64,000 bases of DNA from Callorhinchus milii (lineage: Eukaryota): NCBI RefSeq assembly GCF_018977255.1, contig NW_024704743.1, positions 42,782,001 through 42,846,000 on the forward strand, in the 5' to 3' direction. This document shows, piece by piece, positions 1 to 13,399 of this stretch. The position numbers were made by a program, and so were the translations under genes. Position 1 is the stretch's first letter, and every line of letters starts with the position of its first letter. The notes beneath the pieces are model-generated. The model worked only from the letters and a program-made list of their open reading frames with translations. It had not been told where the DNA came from and did no database searches.

Positions 1-224
1 TCACTGTTAGAATTGATATTTGTTTCATTCTTCAGCTCACTTCCTTCAGAACCCATTCAATTCCAGCTTTGCATGGTTATTTATAGTGACATATAATGGC
101 ACGGCTTGTCTTTTGATCAATGGGAGGTGGAAATTTGGAATCCAGGTAAGTTTTTTTCTGTATGTTGTGCTGTGTTGTAAATTCAGGAATAACCATTGAA
201 GCCCTTGTTTACAAGATTGCAAGA

Positions 225-390
225 AGTTCGGAAGAAAAATGTCTTTCACCTCATTTGATCTCATCCTTCCCTCCCATCAAACCATCAAGCTGTGTTTTTA
301 AAATGAGTCCAGCATTCATAACTCATTCCAGTAATTTATTATCCTTTAGGTAAAGACGTGTTTCCTGAAATTGCCCTTTGTAACCCCAAA
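225..390 (-). mobile_element. CR1-clade LINE 3' end remnant
   Basis: Similar to copies at 24640-24830, 56860-56980 and 63000-63220 (shared CATCAAG..TTTTAAA..GAGTC and CCTGAAATTGCCCTTT blocks); CR1 3'-end-like. Confidence 0.6.
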
Positions 391-1419
391 CCAGTCAGAT
401 AGATACACTGTACAATTGGACTATGACTCTGGGAATCTACACTCCCCATTGTGGGCAATATAACCCAGTTCTCAAGTCTTGAGCATGGCAGAAAAACACA
501 TCTACATCCATATTTTCTTCCTATGTTTAACAAGCCACCCAGCAAGTCTTCACTCGGTCTTCTGTTTTCAACGGAGAAAAAGGTCACCTTGGGTGACCAA
601 TCTTTCAACATCTGTAAGAATCTGTCAGGTGAATTGGAATTCCAGTCCTGGTATTGTCTCTGTATATGTTTGACATTTGTCTGCTGGAATTCTTGAATTC
701 TACACAAGGTGGTTACACTTGACTAACATCTGCAGTACATTATTTATGGATATCAGAGAAATTTAGAGACATTAATACACTTATTAATTAAAGTGTATGA
801 ACTCGGTGTGGATGAACAGCGATCAAATTGCAAGTTATATTGCTGCACTATAATTATATTTTCTGAGCAATATTTTCTACAACAATTTTGTGTACATTAT
901 TTTTGGACAGCAAATGGTTCTCTTGTTTTTTTTCTTTCCTTTTGGCACGGAATCAGACTCATTCGGTTCACTGAAAAAAATTACAGAATGTGACATTGGC
1001 AGTTTTGAGACATTTCATTTATTGCACTCAGCATTTATTTTGAATAGCAACGTGCAATCATCTGGAAGTTCACTGTCTGGTACCTGGCTTGGTTGAGGCA
1101 AAAGTAAACCCTTATCTGTTTGATCACTTATTCGTAAATGATTTAAAGCAACAGTAAGTATGCACTCCTCCCTCTTTCACATAACTTTGTCCCATTCCAT
1201 CACATCAAATTAGTCCTTTCAAATATCTGGTATAGTTCCGAAGTGAGAGATTTATTGTTAAGTGAAAGGCGCTATATAAATCCATGTTATTGTAATATTT
1301 TGCTCTTTATAGATTGTCTGTTTATCCTCTGTTCACAGAAGCAAGCATGTTGTAAATGATGAATATCTGTGTGCAGTATATGTTTGTAGACAGATGGATC
1401 CTGACTAGATTGTGTATTG

Positions 1420-2020
1420 TTATTCATTTCTCACTAATTTCCATTTATGTGCTCTGTTCCAATTTCTTGAATTCTCTGAGGCAACATTCTGGGTTTACCT
1501 GATCTACAGAATTCATCATTTTATACGTTTTGACAAAATCCCTTTAACATCCTTCTTTTTTGACCAAAACAATTATATTTCTCCAATCTTTCTTCCTATC
1601 CCTTTACACTTAGGCTCCATTATTGCTGTCTTCTCTACCCACACTAATGCAAGTTCTGTGTTCTGTATTTCTTTCTTCATCTATCAGTTTCTTATCGAGT
1701 CCCATGTTGTAGCCCTGATTCCTGTGGCTTTTAATTTAATTAAAAGACTTTCATGCAGAACTTTCTCTGAAGCTTTTGGAAAGTCTAAATAAACGATATC
1801 ATAAGGCATGCTGCTATCTATCTGTAACATCCTTAAAGAAGTTGAGAAGCTTTCTCAGGCATGATCGTTCCTTCTAAATCCATGCTGCCTTATTCAGTTA
1901 CGGCTAGCGAGATGCTTCTTCAAGCGTACCTCCAGAATAAATTCTACTATTTTACTTGTTCCTGATGTTAGGCTAATAAGCGTTTAATTAACTGGGTCAA
2001 TTTTGCTACCTTTTTAAAGC
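1420..2020 (-). mobile_element. Decayed CR1 LINE, ORF2 reverse transcriptase and 3' part
   Basis: Minus-strand translation gives KKGSK.DP.N, SLTS..SK, QHGF and YDIVYLDFPKASEKV.H (CR1 RT motif DVVYLDFQKAFDKVPH), with stops and frameshifts. Confidence 0.85.
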
Positions 2021-2410
2021 TGCTTTCTGGCGCTGAATGCTTGCAGGGAAATTATCGTGATTTTAGAATTGATTCGGTACCACAAACAAAGAGTATAAAT
2101 AGGAGGCAGTGCAAATCACGCTGGACCCTCTTTCACATATTTGTCAGATGTGAGACCATAAAGGGAGAGAACACTGCCCTTTCTAGTTTTAGCCTTAGCC
2201 TTTAAACTTGTGACGCAAGAGATCACAGCTTCTAAATGAAGACCAACAAAAAAACAGGAACTGCAGGAAAAATGTTTTACCAAAAGGGCAATGTAAGTAT
2301 TTGGAACAAAGTATCAGCTCCAGTATTCGAATAAGGAATTATGAGGACTAGATATACTCTATTTATGTAACCTTCCAGAACATAAGCAAATCAATGAATT
2401 TAGTCTTGCA

Positions 2411-2570
2411 TGTCAGCTTAGCTCAGTTAGTAGCACTTTCGTCTCTGAGTCAGAAGGTTGTGGGTTCAATCTCCACATCTGGACTTTGACCTCACATTCT
2501 CAGTTGACACTCCAATACAGTGCTGCGAAGAGAGTTCCATTGTCGGAAATGTCGTCCTTCAGATGAGACT
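2411..2570 (+). mobile_element. DeuSINE (SacSINE1-like) 5' half
   Basis: tRNA-like head with A box (AGCTCAGTTAG) and B box (GGTTCAATCTCC), then Deu core GTCGTCCTTCAGATGAGAC. Confidence 0.8.
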
Positions 2571-2574
2571 GCAC

Positions 2575-2850
2575 CTGACATCTTGATCACTGGGCCAGAC
2601 GGTGGGCCATGGTGGTGGATGCCCCCAACTGCGGAATCTTGGCCCAAAGGAAGATATCAAGGGAATTGATTGGAAGATACGAGGGGCATCAGTCCCAATT
2701 GTTGACTCTTATCGGTACCTTGGGGTCGAGGTTGACCCCAACTTCAGCCTGGACACTGTCCTGAAGGACTGCGCTGAGAAGGGGCGAAAGGCACTCTGGT
2801 CATGCTCATCCTTCTTCAAGGACAGCAAGTTCCCAATACAATTTCAAAAA
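2575..2850 (+). mobile_element. Non-LTR retrotransposon RT C-terminal (thumb) fragment, not CR1/L2-like
   Basis: With one frameshift reads LDHWARRWAMVVDAPNCGIL / ...VPIVDSYRYLGVEVDPNFSL...KGRKAL; W..RW.M and YRYLG are non-LTR RT motifs. Confidence 0.75.
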
Positions 2851-3349
2851 CGAAGTAGACAATTTGCTAAAAAATAAAAGAATTCAAAGTTAGTAGATGG
2901 TGAGATGGATGCGCGGAAGTCAGATAGGTGGATAGATGGACCAAGAAACTACTCCTACCTGATCCTATGTTACAATAACTTGCATCCAAACAGCATCAAA
3001 CAGCTATCTTCACTCTTCAATCGCTTCAATCTTCAGGGCTTTGGGATATGAAAAGCGCTCTATAAATGTAATTTTGTTGTTTGTTGTTGTTCAATCTGAA
3101 TCGCATGCATGCAAAATTACATTCTTTCCATTTAATTGCTTTTTTATAATGCATTGCCATCATCACTGAAACACTGTTTTATTTTTATATAATTTTACTA
3201 AAATTAAGTTAATTATTTAGATTATCTTTAAAGCCTGGCTGAAACCGTTGGAAGCAACACAATAGAACAATTTGATGCAAAGAGCTAGGAGGGTTCTCTC
3301 CATTCACAGTTGCACTTACCTAGGGCATTGCACTTGTGTAACTGTGTAC

Positions 3350-3449
<100 letters not shown>

Positions 3450-4319
3450 CAATAATACTTAAAAATAATAATAAACAAAAGTTATAAGAAAAAAATTAAT
3501 AAACATTTGATATAGTGCCTTATCGTGTCTTCAGGACTTCTGAAAGCGCTTCACAGAATATACTGTTAAATGAATTGACTGTATATTTTGGGTGAAACAT
3601 GGGTAAGACTCTATTTGTGGTTGAATTACATACTCCAATATTGGGTCCTAAACATTATTTCAACACCAATGCAGAGCTGTGGTCACGATCTCTGGATCAA
3701 GAAGCAAAATTACTTTGTAAATATTTTGCACTAAACACTACGAAAAGAATAGCATAAACTATGCATTTATTTTTTTCCGTTTGATATGTGCCTCTGCAAA
3801 TTAAAATCTTATTCTGCAAAAAACTGAGGCCATACAATATTAATTATGGAACATTTTGCTCCTCGCATGAAGGTCATTTTTGTTCAGTTTGACCTCAATT
3901 AACCATCTATAATGTCTCTCCTGTGCTGTAGCTATGTTCAGCATGGTATTTGTTAATGTAGTTGCCTGTAATCCCAAATCAATGTTGTTTTGACAGTGAG
4001 TCAATCTTCTGGGTGACTCTCTGCATGTCCAATTTTGTTGGTTGTGAGTAAAATGTCTGGTACCAGATCCAGATTGAAATTGCTCAGCGTTTTAGTAATA
4101 CACTGTATTTCAATTTTTTTTGCTGTTGATGCGCATTGATCTCTCTGCAACTTCAGTAAGAATCTTCCCTTTTCAAATAGCTGAAGAAACAGATCATTTC
4201 TATTGAAGCCAAGAGCAATAGCAGAAGCAAACAGATTGTGGCTATTGTTTAGTATTTTCACCAAATATTTTAGCCACATTTACAAAAACAGACTTGCATT
4301 TGTCTTTGCACAATTATAT

Positions 4320-4750
4320 CAGTTCTGGCCAGACTCCACTGGCTCCCCATCACTGAACAGATCGACTTCAAGATCCTCACACTCATGTTCAAATGCCTTC
4401 ATTCCCTGGCACCTCCCTATCTTTCCGACCTCCTCACTCCCCAATACATCACCCTGCGCCTCCGCTTGACTGGCACCGGCCTCTTACTCATCCCTCGCAC
4501 CCTCTGCCTCACCATCGGAATTCGTGCTTTCAGCCACTATGCCCCAAAACTCTGGAACACTCTCCCTCAATCCCTCCACCTTGTCCCCTCTCTCCCCTCT
4601 TTCGTCCCGCCTGAAAACTTTCCTCTTCGACCGTGCTTACGGACCACCTCCCCCCTCCCCCGGCTCGTAGTCAGGCTCCGGCACTATTAATTGGCTCTGA
4701 GACACTATCCCGCGTGGAGGGCGCTATATTGTTGTTGTTATTGTTGTTGC
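4320..4750 (+). mobile_element. L2 LINE 3' fragment (tail type B)
   Basis: LHWLPITEQIDFKILTLMFKCLH..APPYL..RAFSHYAPKLWN; tail CGCGTGGAGGGCGCTATA(TTG)n. Confidence 0.9.
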
Positions 4751-5439
4751 GTTGTATACGCAGCCTTTGTGTTAATGACATCGCAGTTGGACAGACGTAG
4801 CTGAGGAGCATTGTTTCATTTGCTCCGCCTAAGAGTTTATGTAAATTTGTGTCGTGCCCACAAAGCACACACTTACTCCACTGCACAGTAAATCCTGTGA
4901 GATGTTTTAAGATGCCCTCCTGGTGTGAAAGACGCTGTACCAAGTATAAAGATTATTATTATTTTAAGTGCTGTACTGCTACCTTCACTTCTTAAAAAGC
5001 CCATCTTTGACCCTTTCTCAAACTATTGTCCTCTAACTTGCCTTTTTTTTAACCAACCTGCAGAACATCACTGCCATCCGACTGCATACTCACCTATCAC
5101 AATACCATAAAAATGTACAATCATACAACGTCTTTCACATTGCAAGTACATTCTCGTGGTATTCCATTCAAGATCCTCCATTGAAGTGTTCCACCCTTCA
5201 ATACTGATGACTTTGAATAGGGAGCATTGAGACCTCCCTAGCTTAAGTCACGAATGGCAATTTGTTTGTCTTTGACTGGGGCTCATTGTACACTGATGGA
5301 CGGTAAAGGATGCAGGCTAGTGTTTGCTGAGCAGGGAAGATAGCCAGAATAGTATAATAATATTAATAACCAATGCATTTGATCACATCTTCGAGACGTC
5401 TCAAAGAATAAAGTGAATTGATTGTATATTTTGTGGGAG

Positions 5440-5620
5440 AAAAGCATGGTCACAAAGGTAGAGTGGAGTGACGCCCAGGAGCGATTTCAAAGTGAGGATA
5501 ATAAATTCAATCCACTGAGAGATGGAGAACCAGTGAGAATGGGTGTAAAGGACTTGCAAAGCCCAGTACGGGAGAGGACACAAGTTTCTGGATGTTCTAT
5601 TTAGTCTGCAGCTTGTACCG
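5440..5620 (-). mobile_element. Old L2 LINE fragment
   Basis: Minus translation HWFSISQWIEFIILTLKSLLG.TPLYL resembles L2 LHWLP..RI.FKIL...K.L.G.AP.YL. Confidence 0.65.
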
Positions 5621-7949
5621 GGAGAAGCTGGAGAGTTTGAATTAAAAATCATGAGTGAAAGAGGAAAAGACAGAGATAAGTCATTCAGATTGAAGACTTG
5701 GATAGCCAGAGAAGAAAGTTGATTAAAATAATAATTTGTTTAGTAGATGAAAAAAGTGGTTGCTGCATGAAATCAAAACTGATGAATCAAAGTTGGAACT
5801 GAAATATTCAAAGAAAACCTGTCAACGGAACAGACTGAAAGATTGATATGAATGAAAGGACTAATATGTTAGATTATCAGAAAGCCAAAATGCATTACAT
5901 AAAACATCAAAACGAGAACCTGCAACTAGTAGGTACTGACAGAAAAAAAATAGAAGAGAGAAGGAACTTCTGAGAAAGAAATTGAATTGAGGACTGACCG
6001 ATTATGCATACATCGGAAAGCAACTCGAGGAAGAAAATTATATTAAAAAGTTTTGTGTTTTAAAAAGTAAAGAATTCTCTGTTTTATTTTACTAAATAGG
6101 ACAAGAGTGCACTCGTTCACAGAAGTTCTGTAATTTGTATACTTTTCTTTCTATTATTGTCCAAATCTTGTTTTCTATCAGTTTTTCATTCACCCTGGGT
6201 CAGAACAGTCAAGTTTTTTCTGCTGAAGTAACATTCCTCTTTTGGCAAGTCACTTTCTGTCTTCTGTAATTAATAACAGTTGTCTTAGCTTCACAGGACA
6301 CACATATATCTATATATCAATTAACTGTTGATTATTGTCATCAATTACCAGTGCATGTGGATGTGTTTGTTTTCGTTGCCTGCTACATTGCTCCTCTTTC
6401 CCTGATATAGGGGTTGACATTATCACCAAGTTTCAAAGAATTGACCTAGGTGCAATGCATTACATGATATTACGGGAGATTAATTGGTCATTTGCCTCAT
6501 AGTTGTTTGTGGAACAATGCTGGTGCAAATGGCTGTCGCGTTTGTCTAGAAATGCAGTCATTACATTTGACAGTAATTACTTGTGAAGCACCTTGAGACA
6601 TTTTAACATGATATGATGCTGTAAAAATGCAAGCTCATTCTTTCTATTGTGTAGTTTACCTTATTTTAGTCAAGAAATTTTCTACAGGCTACTGTGAAAC
6701 ACAGTAAAACTGCATCACCTAGCCCTTCATTCAAATTTAAACAACATATTCTCAATAAATAGGAAATATTTGGATATGCCCACAATATGGAATACAATAG
6801 CAAGGAAATTAGTTATTTTTCGATTCTGACAGATAATTTTTTTTGCGAATGTAATTCAATAATCCATTTACTGGATACAGGTCGGCATCCTCTTTTATTA
6901 ATGCTTTCCTAGAAGTGATTTATGCTGTCTCGTGTACCTCTTGAGTGGATTGCTGTTTTATAATATGTGGCCAGTGTTTATTTCCTAGTAATCCACCACA
7001 GATCAAATTCTAGTTTTCTTGCAGTGATTGACAGCCAGACAGCAATGCACAACATGGTTAGACATCCTGAGTAGCTCAATCGGTTGAGCTCACCTTGGGA
7101 CCAGAAGCTTGTGGATCCAGCATCCTTTCAAGATTGATACAAGTACTTTGTTTATACATGTCCCTATTGGTGGAACGAGTTTAAACAGAACTGTCTCCAA
7201 GAAAACATGATTGGCAAAAGTCAGCAAATTACCTGTAACATGATAATAATTCCTAATTTGATACAGCTCCTTATCATGTCGTCAAGATATCTCAAAGCGC
7301 AGGATTTTACTATGAAGTGTATGGATTCTGTATTTGTAGGCAAATGTGGCCGTAATTTGAACACAGCATTGTGAATGAACAGTTTTATTTGGGGAAGTGT
7401 TGGTCAGGACATGAGGAGAAACTCCCTTCTCTAAATAGCGCCTTATCAATTTACTGAACGTCCTAAAGCGCTTCATAGGATTTACTGTACAGCATAGAGA
7501 CCCTGTATTTGTATGTGGACTTGTAGGTGAAATTTGTGCACAGAAATTTCCCACAAAGACGTAAAGAAAATAATCAATTTTACCTGAAGGCTGGATACCC
7601 ATCACTATGCTAAGAGTATCTTACCCAGACTGATATGCAACCCGATATCCTAACCAGAGTTCTGTGCATGCCACAACATGGAAATGCTCATGTTTGGAAT
7701 GGAATGAGTGCTCTCTCCCTGGAGAGACAGATCCTGCTTATCTAATTCTCAAGAGGATAAGGCGCAGGTTGGCTAGAGCCAAGGTGTGGGGGCCCCAAAG
7801 TGTACATAGGAATAATACTGGAGTTTAACCAGCTAAAAATATAGTTTGTGATTGAAAGCACTAACTAACAAGCTTCCTGCTGCTTGTACAGCTAGGACCA
7901 CCCTACTCATTAGGACTTGGCTTGTATCATTACCAGGAGTGGGAAGAAT

Positions 7950-8105
7950 CCCTGTCCCCAGTGCACAAGTTCCATTATCTGTTCAAAGAACACCAATAAA
8001 TTTGTTACCCATGATCTTTCTTCTACAAAGCCAAGATAATCACTTATGATTCTATATTCCTCTAGGTGCTTCATTACTCTCTCCTTCAGGATAACCTCCA
8101 ATGTA
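7950..8105 (-). mobile_element. CR1 LINE RT fragment
   Basis: LEVILKERVMKHLEEYRIISD..GFVEERSWVTNLLVFFE matches the CR1 GF..GRSCLTNL..FFE region. Confidence 0.85.
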
Positions 8106-8109
8106 TTTC

Positions 8110-8275
8110 TTACAGCAGATGTAGAGAGACATACACGAGGGAGAAGGAAATAGAGGTGGTGTATAAGAAAGGGGATTAGGAGGAGTAGAGGTTCACGTGG
8201 AGTATATACACCAGCATGGATGAGTTTGCCTGAATGGCCCATTCCATGCTGTAACACTCTATGTAATTCCATGTG
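8110..8275 (+). mobile_element. CR1 LINE 3' end
   Basis: CACCAGCATGGA...GCCTGAATGGCCC...TGCTGTAA..CTATG terminal motif. Confidence 0.7.
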
Positions 8276-8536
8276 AGACTCACCAGCCTCTCATTCCCTT
8301 GGTTACACTTTTTGATCCTTTTCTAAATTAGTTTTCTCCTGTAAGCAAGAAAACGCAGAATTAATTGAAGTTATCTCCCATCCTCATGCCAGTATTGGAA
8401 AGCACTTGTTCTCTCATTTAGTGCCTTTCTCACTCTATCTCTGTGTCACAGTATATTGTCTCCTTTATCTGTACTGGAATCTGCTCCACTTACCAGCATC
8501 ACTCTAGAAATATCTTATTGAAAATCTAGCGAAGGG

Positions 8537-8835
8537 AATCATAGAATCATGGAATCTTATAACACAAAAGGAGGTCATTCAGTACACCTTACCTGTGCGG
8601 TTGGAAGAGCTATCCAACTAATGCCATTCCTCCTCTCTTACCCCATAGCCCTGCAAATTTACCTATTTGGCCACCCCCTTCCCCTCCCCTCCCTTACACC
8701 CCCAACCCCAGCTCGAGTCTGAAATGCTGTACTCTGTCCAGCGCCTTGGGACGTCCACCCGACGTGAAAGGCACTATACAAATGTAATCTTGTTGTTGTT
8801 GTATCCAATTCCCTTTTGAAAGCTACCATTGAATC
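8537..8835 (-). mobile_element. CR1 3' end interrupted by a plus-strand L2 tail (~8668-8801)
   Basis: GAATCATA repeats (CR1 tail) at 8537; CR1 sequence resumes at TATCCAATTCCCTTTTGAA after the L2 (TTG)n tail. Confidence 0.75.
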
Positions 8836-10329
8836 GGGAACTACTGACGATCTCCGTGTTCAACTAGATCCTTCCTCTAGGATTATCTCCCTCGCTGTTT
8901 GCTGCTTCTGTTTCTTCCCGCCAGCTGCCATCACCCTTGATTGTTGATACAATATGTGGCACATGAGCAATCCTGACAATTGTAACACAGATACATCAAA
9001 CATGTCCTTTATCATTTGTGAGGGATCAAGAAAGTGCCAGAAAAAGTGTCTTCCTAATTGAACTGCATTTTCTCCAAGGAATCCCCTGTATGTCAGGTGA
9101 GCTCACTAGATCTTGGCACCTATGCAATCTCAGATCAGACCTGAAGTCGTGCTAGTCAGAGTGGATATAGAGGCTTCTACAAAAAGCAAGGTTTACATCA
9201 CAAGACAGTCTTTCTGAGGGTTATGTCATTTTTCAACCCCACTGAGACTTTCGGATTCTTTTTCTTTTCCATTGTTTCACAGCTGAATCCCTATGATCCA
9301 TGAGTAAGTCTGGCATGTCTGAGACAGACAGCATCTGTCAACCACAACTCAAGCTGTGCAAGGGGCAATAGTTGTGTTCAGCCAGGTCACCCTTCAGTTT
9401 GATGCTATTATCACCAGTATTTTCACAATGCGCCTTAACCAATCTGATGTCAGAAACCTAAACTGCACCAGATGGTGAAAGAGCTTCTTCACAAAAGTAC
9501 ATCACAAACCCATGAAGTTTACCATACAATTTTTACCTTTAGGCGCTTGAGTTGCAATGTGTTATGAACCCACAATATTGTGACCCAACAGCAAGAATGA
9601 AACCAAATGAGCCAAACTGGCACACTGGATTTTGTAAGCTTGAACAGTAGAGTGGATAATGCTGGAAAAATGAACTGAGACGAAGGATTTTGTTTGTCGA
9701 ATTCTTCTTGAGACCTCGTGATCTTCAAGCCTATCGCTCAGAGTCAAAGCTCCCTCAGTTTATTTGCCTCCTTGGTCTGCTTTGGATTGTCTTCTGAGCA
9801 AATTGGTGATGGGGAGGCGAGTTATCTGTAGAGCGGTGGCCCTGAATAGAAACATTATTTTCTTGTTCTTACAGACCCGCTGCGGAATGGGTAGGAACGT
9901 ATCGAGACTCTGTGAAATGTTTTCTTCAAACATTTTCAGAAAGATGTTGCCTCTTAGCCGAAATGTGCTTTATAAGAAATGTGCTCTAATGTCTCTGTGA
10001 AGTGGCAATCAACATAAAGCATAGCTTAACTCCAGGGTAATTTCAAACAGGAGTCATCAGTTTTAGTGCCACAGCTGTTAACCTCTATTGATGGACCTGT
10101 GCCAAGTAGTGGCGTGAGCCAACATTTCTCAAGACTAAGTGTTAGTGCGCAGGGACTAGGACATTACACCGACATATCTTACTGTAATTAAATGGCATTT
10201 CACTTGATGAGGCTGCAGCAGCATTTTGTATCCATAATGTATTGTAAGAAGAACAATTTGCGCTTATATAATAACAATCATCCTTTTACATAGTGCTGCC
10301 AGACACGAAACATTTGCTATCAATCCCTT

Positions 10330-10705
10330 TAATAATAATAATTAACCCTTACAATTGATATAGCTCGTTTTAACGTAAAACTATTTCAAAAGTTTAATTT
10401 TTTTCTGTAAAATGTAGTAACTATGTATTTGTAGCAAAATCCAGCAGCCAATTTGCACACGGCAAAATTCTACAAACAACCACGAAGGAATGTTCAATTT
10501 TATTTTGGGTATTGTTGGCCAGACACTAGGAGGAACTTTTCTTTTTCAATTGTGCCACTGGGATCTTTAACGTCCACCTGAACAGGCTGACAATTCCTCA
10601 ATTCTTAACATCTCGTCCGAATGATTAAGCAGCCTGGTCCATGTAGGCTTCAACACACAAACTTCTGACTCGGAGCTGAGAGTGCTACTAGCTGAGCCAG
10701 GCTGA
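10330..10705 (-). mobile_element. DeuSINE, near full length, diverged
   Basis: GGGATCTTTAACGTCCACCTGAACAGG core; head ...GAGAGTGCTACTAGCTGAGCCAGGCTGA. Confidence 0.8.
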
Positions 10706-11069
10706 TATAATGTTCCTCTGAAACATAAAATTAAATTGAACCCAATATCATTGCTGATGACTGCCCACACATAATATGCAGGTTTGGAACATCCATCCCT
10801 TTCTTGTTTTATTTAGCAGTTTTGATAAAAGTGCTGGACGTTCAATAGCAGATAACGGTTGAGATGTGTTAGCAATCTAAATCCATCAATGGCTCAGTTG
10901 GTGAAGTCACTTTCTAATGTGAAACTGAGATGCAGAGATCATCATGTGTGAGGGGAGAGGGGAACAGGTCTAACTGCTGTTTACATGAAATCGCTTCAGT
11001 TTGACAGACAGTGTCCTCCGCTTCTCTTCCCTCCCTCCCAACATTGAGACTTATCCTGGCTGAACAATC

Positions 11070-11710
11070 AATTTGCTGTCCTTCACGATGAGACTTTAAG
11101 CTGGGGTCCTGTCTGCCTGTTCAGAATTCTGCAGTTTGTGTCCTCTATTGGACCAGGCTTCGTGACCGATCACCCCCATCCTCACCTGGATCCACTGGCT
11201 CCCAATCCCTCAGAGGATCGAGATTAAAATCTTCATTCTATCTTTTAAAGCCCTTTATAGTTATGTCCCTCCCTACCTCTATGACCTGTTAACTCCCCAC
11301 CAACCTGTCCGTTCCCTCCGCACGGCAGGCCTTCAGCATTTCTGGCCCCAACATCTGAGATTCCAACCCAGAATACCTCTTCCTCTTTGATTATGCTTTC
11401 GGCCCCGTCCAAACCCCACCTCCTCTACCCTCCACCCCTCTTGATTCCAACCCCAGCTCGGGAGCAAACCCTTAACTGTCCAGCACCTTTGGATGTCCTT
11501 CTGACATGAAAAGTGCTATATAAATGTAATTTGTTGTTGTTGTTCAGGTGGATACTAAATACTATTCGAAAAGAGATGGAAATTTCTCCCTGTCTATAAT
11601 CCCCCAAATAAATCAGTCATCACTTCATGGCTGTTTGTTGGACAATGTGGGACATTACTACAAACACACAGTCACTGCACTTGGTAGCAATTACTTGTTT
11701 GACATTATAA
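11070..11710 (+). mobile_element. DeuSINE split by an L2 3' fragment (11125-11540, tail type A)
   Basis: Deu core runs to CTGCCTGTTCAG and resumes TGTTCAGGTGGA; TSD TGTTCAG at 11118-11124 and 11541-11547. Confidence 0.8.
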
Positions 11711-12694
11711 GCACCAACTCAAAGGTAAGACTTCATATGATAAGAGTTTATATGATAACACCTTTAATATGTATTTCACTCTCCCCCACCACAAACAAGC
11801 ACATGAACAAAACGGAAAGAGGTTTGTACACAAGAGACCAACTCAGTCATCATGTAAAGTGAAAATACCATGAAAATAATCCACTTTGCGACTACTTTTA
11901 GTACACCACTCAATTATTCTTCCTGTGATCCTCTAATTGAATCTTAACAAACAGAGAACTGAATTTCATTGAGACATTATGTGGCTGTATCAGGAATCAT
12001 TAATTGTAACATTTGTACCTCAGCTTGTTTAATCTTCTGTGCTGTATTGAATATTAATTCAGCTACTTTATTATACAAAAAAAAGCACCTCGACAAGTTG
12101 CTCGTGAAAACAGGGTGAATAATGTTTGTGGTGACAAAAATATCCAATCTTGAGGAATGAAAACAGGAAAACTAGGGAATATTTTATGCTTGGGTCAGGA
12201 ATACTCATTAATATGCCTGGATTAGGAATCCTAAATTAGAAGAATGGGAAATGATTTGATGTACTTTGCTTGAGTTCGATATTTGCTTATCTGAAGCTAG
12301 CTGTGTATTGTCATATCTAAGAGATAGTATTTAAGTCAGCTTGTGTACTAAAAGGTTACACTGACTGCTTGAATATGAATATTGTATATAAAATTGTCAG
12401 GTCAATCACGAAAAGGGGATTTTATCACTTTGTTATGAAGAACTACTGTAAAACTAATAAATATTTAAAATTTATTGATCTATCAGTACGCTCTTGTATA
12501 GACTACTTTTCATGTCATCCGTGATTTAGTTCTGTGTAGTGCAGAAGTGTTTACGAATGGTAACTGAATATGGTTTTCAACATATACAACCACAATCTAT
12601 CTTAACTCAATTATTAAATTGGGTATTATTAATTCAGTCTCTTTTTTGATTATGTTATTTCCATTTTTAGACTGGCTTTATTTATTTTTCCTTT

Positions 12695-13014
12695 ATAATA
12701 ATAATAATAATCCTTGCATTTGATATAGCGCTTTTCACGTCGGGAGGACGTCCCAAAGCGCTTCACAGAACACATTGTAAAGTGAATTGACTGTATATTT
12801 GTGGGCGAACGCGGCAGCCAATTGCGCACAGCAATGTCCCACAAACAGTCGTGGATTGAAAATGACCAATTTATTGTTTTTGGTTTTGGAGGGATTATTA
12901 TTAGGCTCTGTGTGGAGTAAGGAAACTTGCCCAAGGTTTCGCCCTCTGCTGGGAATTGAACTCAGGTCTCTCACTTGCAAAGCGAGTGCTCTAACCACTG
13001 AGCTACAGGACTCC
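12695..13014 (-). mobile_element. tRNA-Ala-derived SINE, short form, full length
   Basis: Head GGAGTCCTGTAGCTCAGTGGTTAGAGCACTCGC..., L2-like tail GACGTGAAAAGCGCTATATCAAATGCAAGG(ATT)n. Confidence 0.9.
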
Positions 13015-13399
13015 ACAGCAAATCAAGTTTATTTTTCACTACTTCTACTGCATTACGTCTTGGTGCCTGTGATATTTAAAATGATGTGAAATAGAAATAG
13101 GATTTTATGGCCAGTGTTCATTGAATGCATCATCTTCTAACATATGTCATGCAGTTGTTATTAAGACTGAAAATGATAAATGCCGCAACCAGACCTTGTG
13201 ACAAGCTTGGTCTCACCGTATCTTGTGTTATTAAGATTGAAAATGATGTGAACCAGAAGCAGGATGTGTGACAAACTGGGTCTGGTTGCCATCATGCAGT
13301 GAATGCAAGAGGGATAAAGTCTGTGAGTAATAAGCAGAAGAAACAGACTGTTGGTAGTATGTGCAATGCCAAACAGCACTTTGTATTCACGCCTTGTGC

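Noticed and set aside
339..707. 122-aa ORF and overlapping ORFs
   Set aside because: No recognisable domain; the end overlaps a CR1 remnant
7950..8275. Twin-primed CR1 (oppositely oriented fragments)
   Set aside because: The pieces come from distant parts of CR1 and no TSD is seen; independent insertions are equally likely
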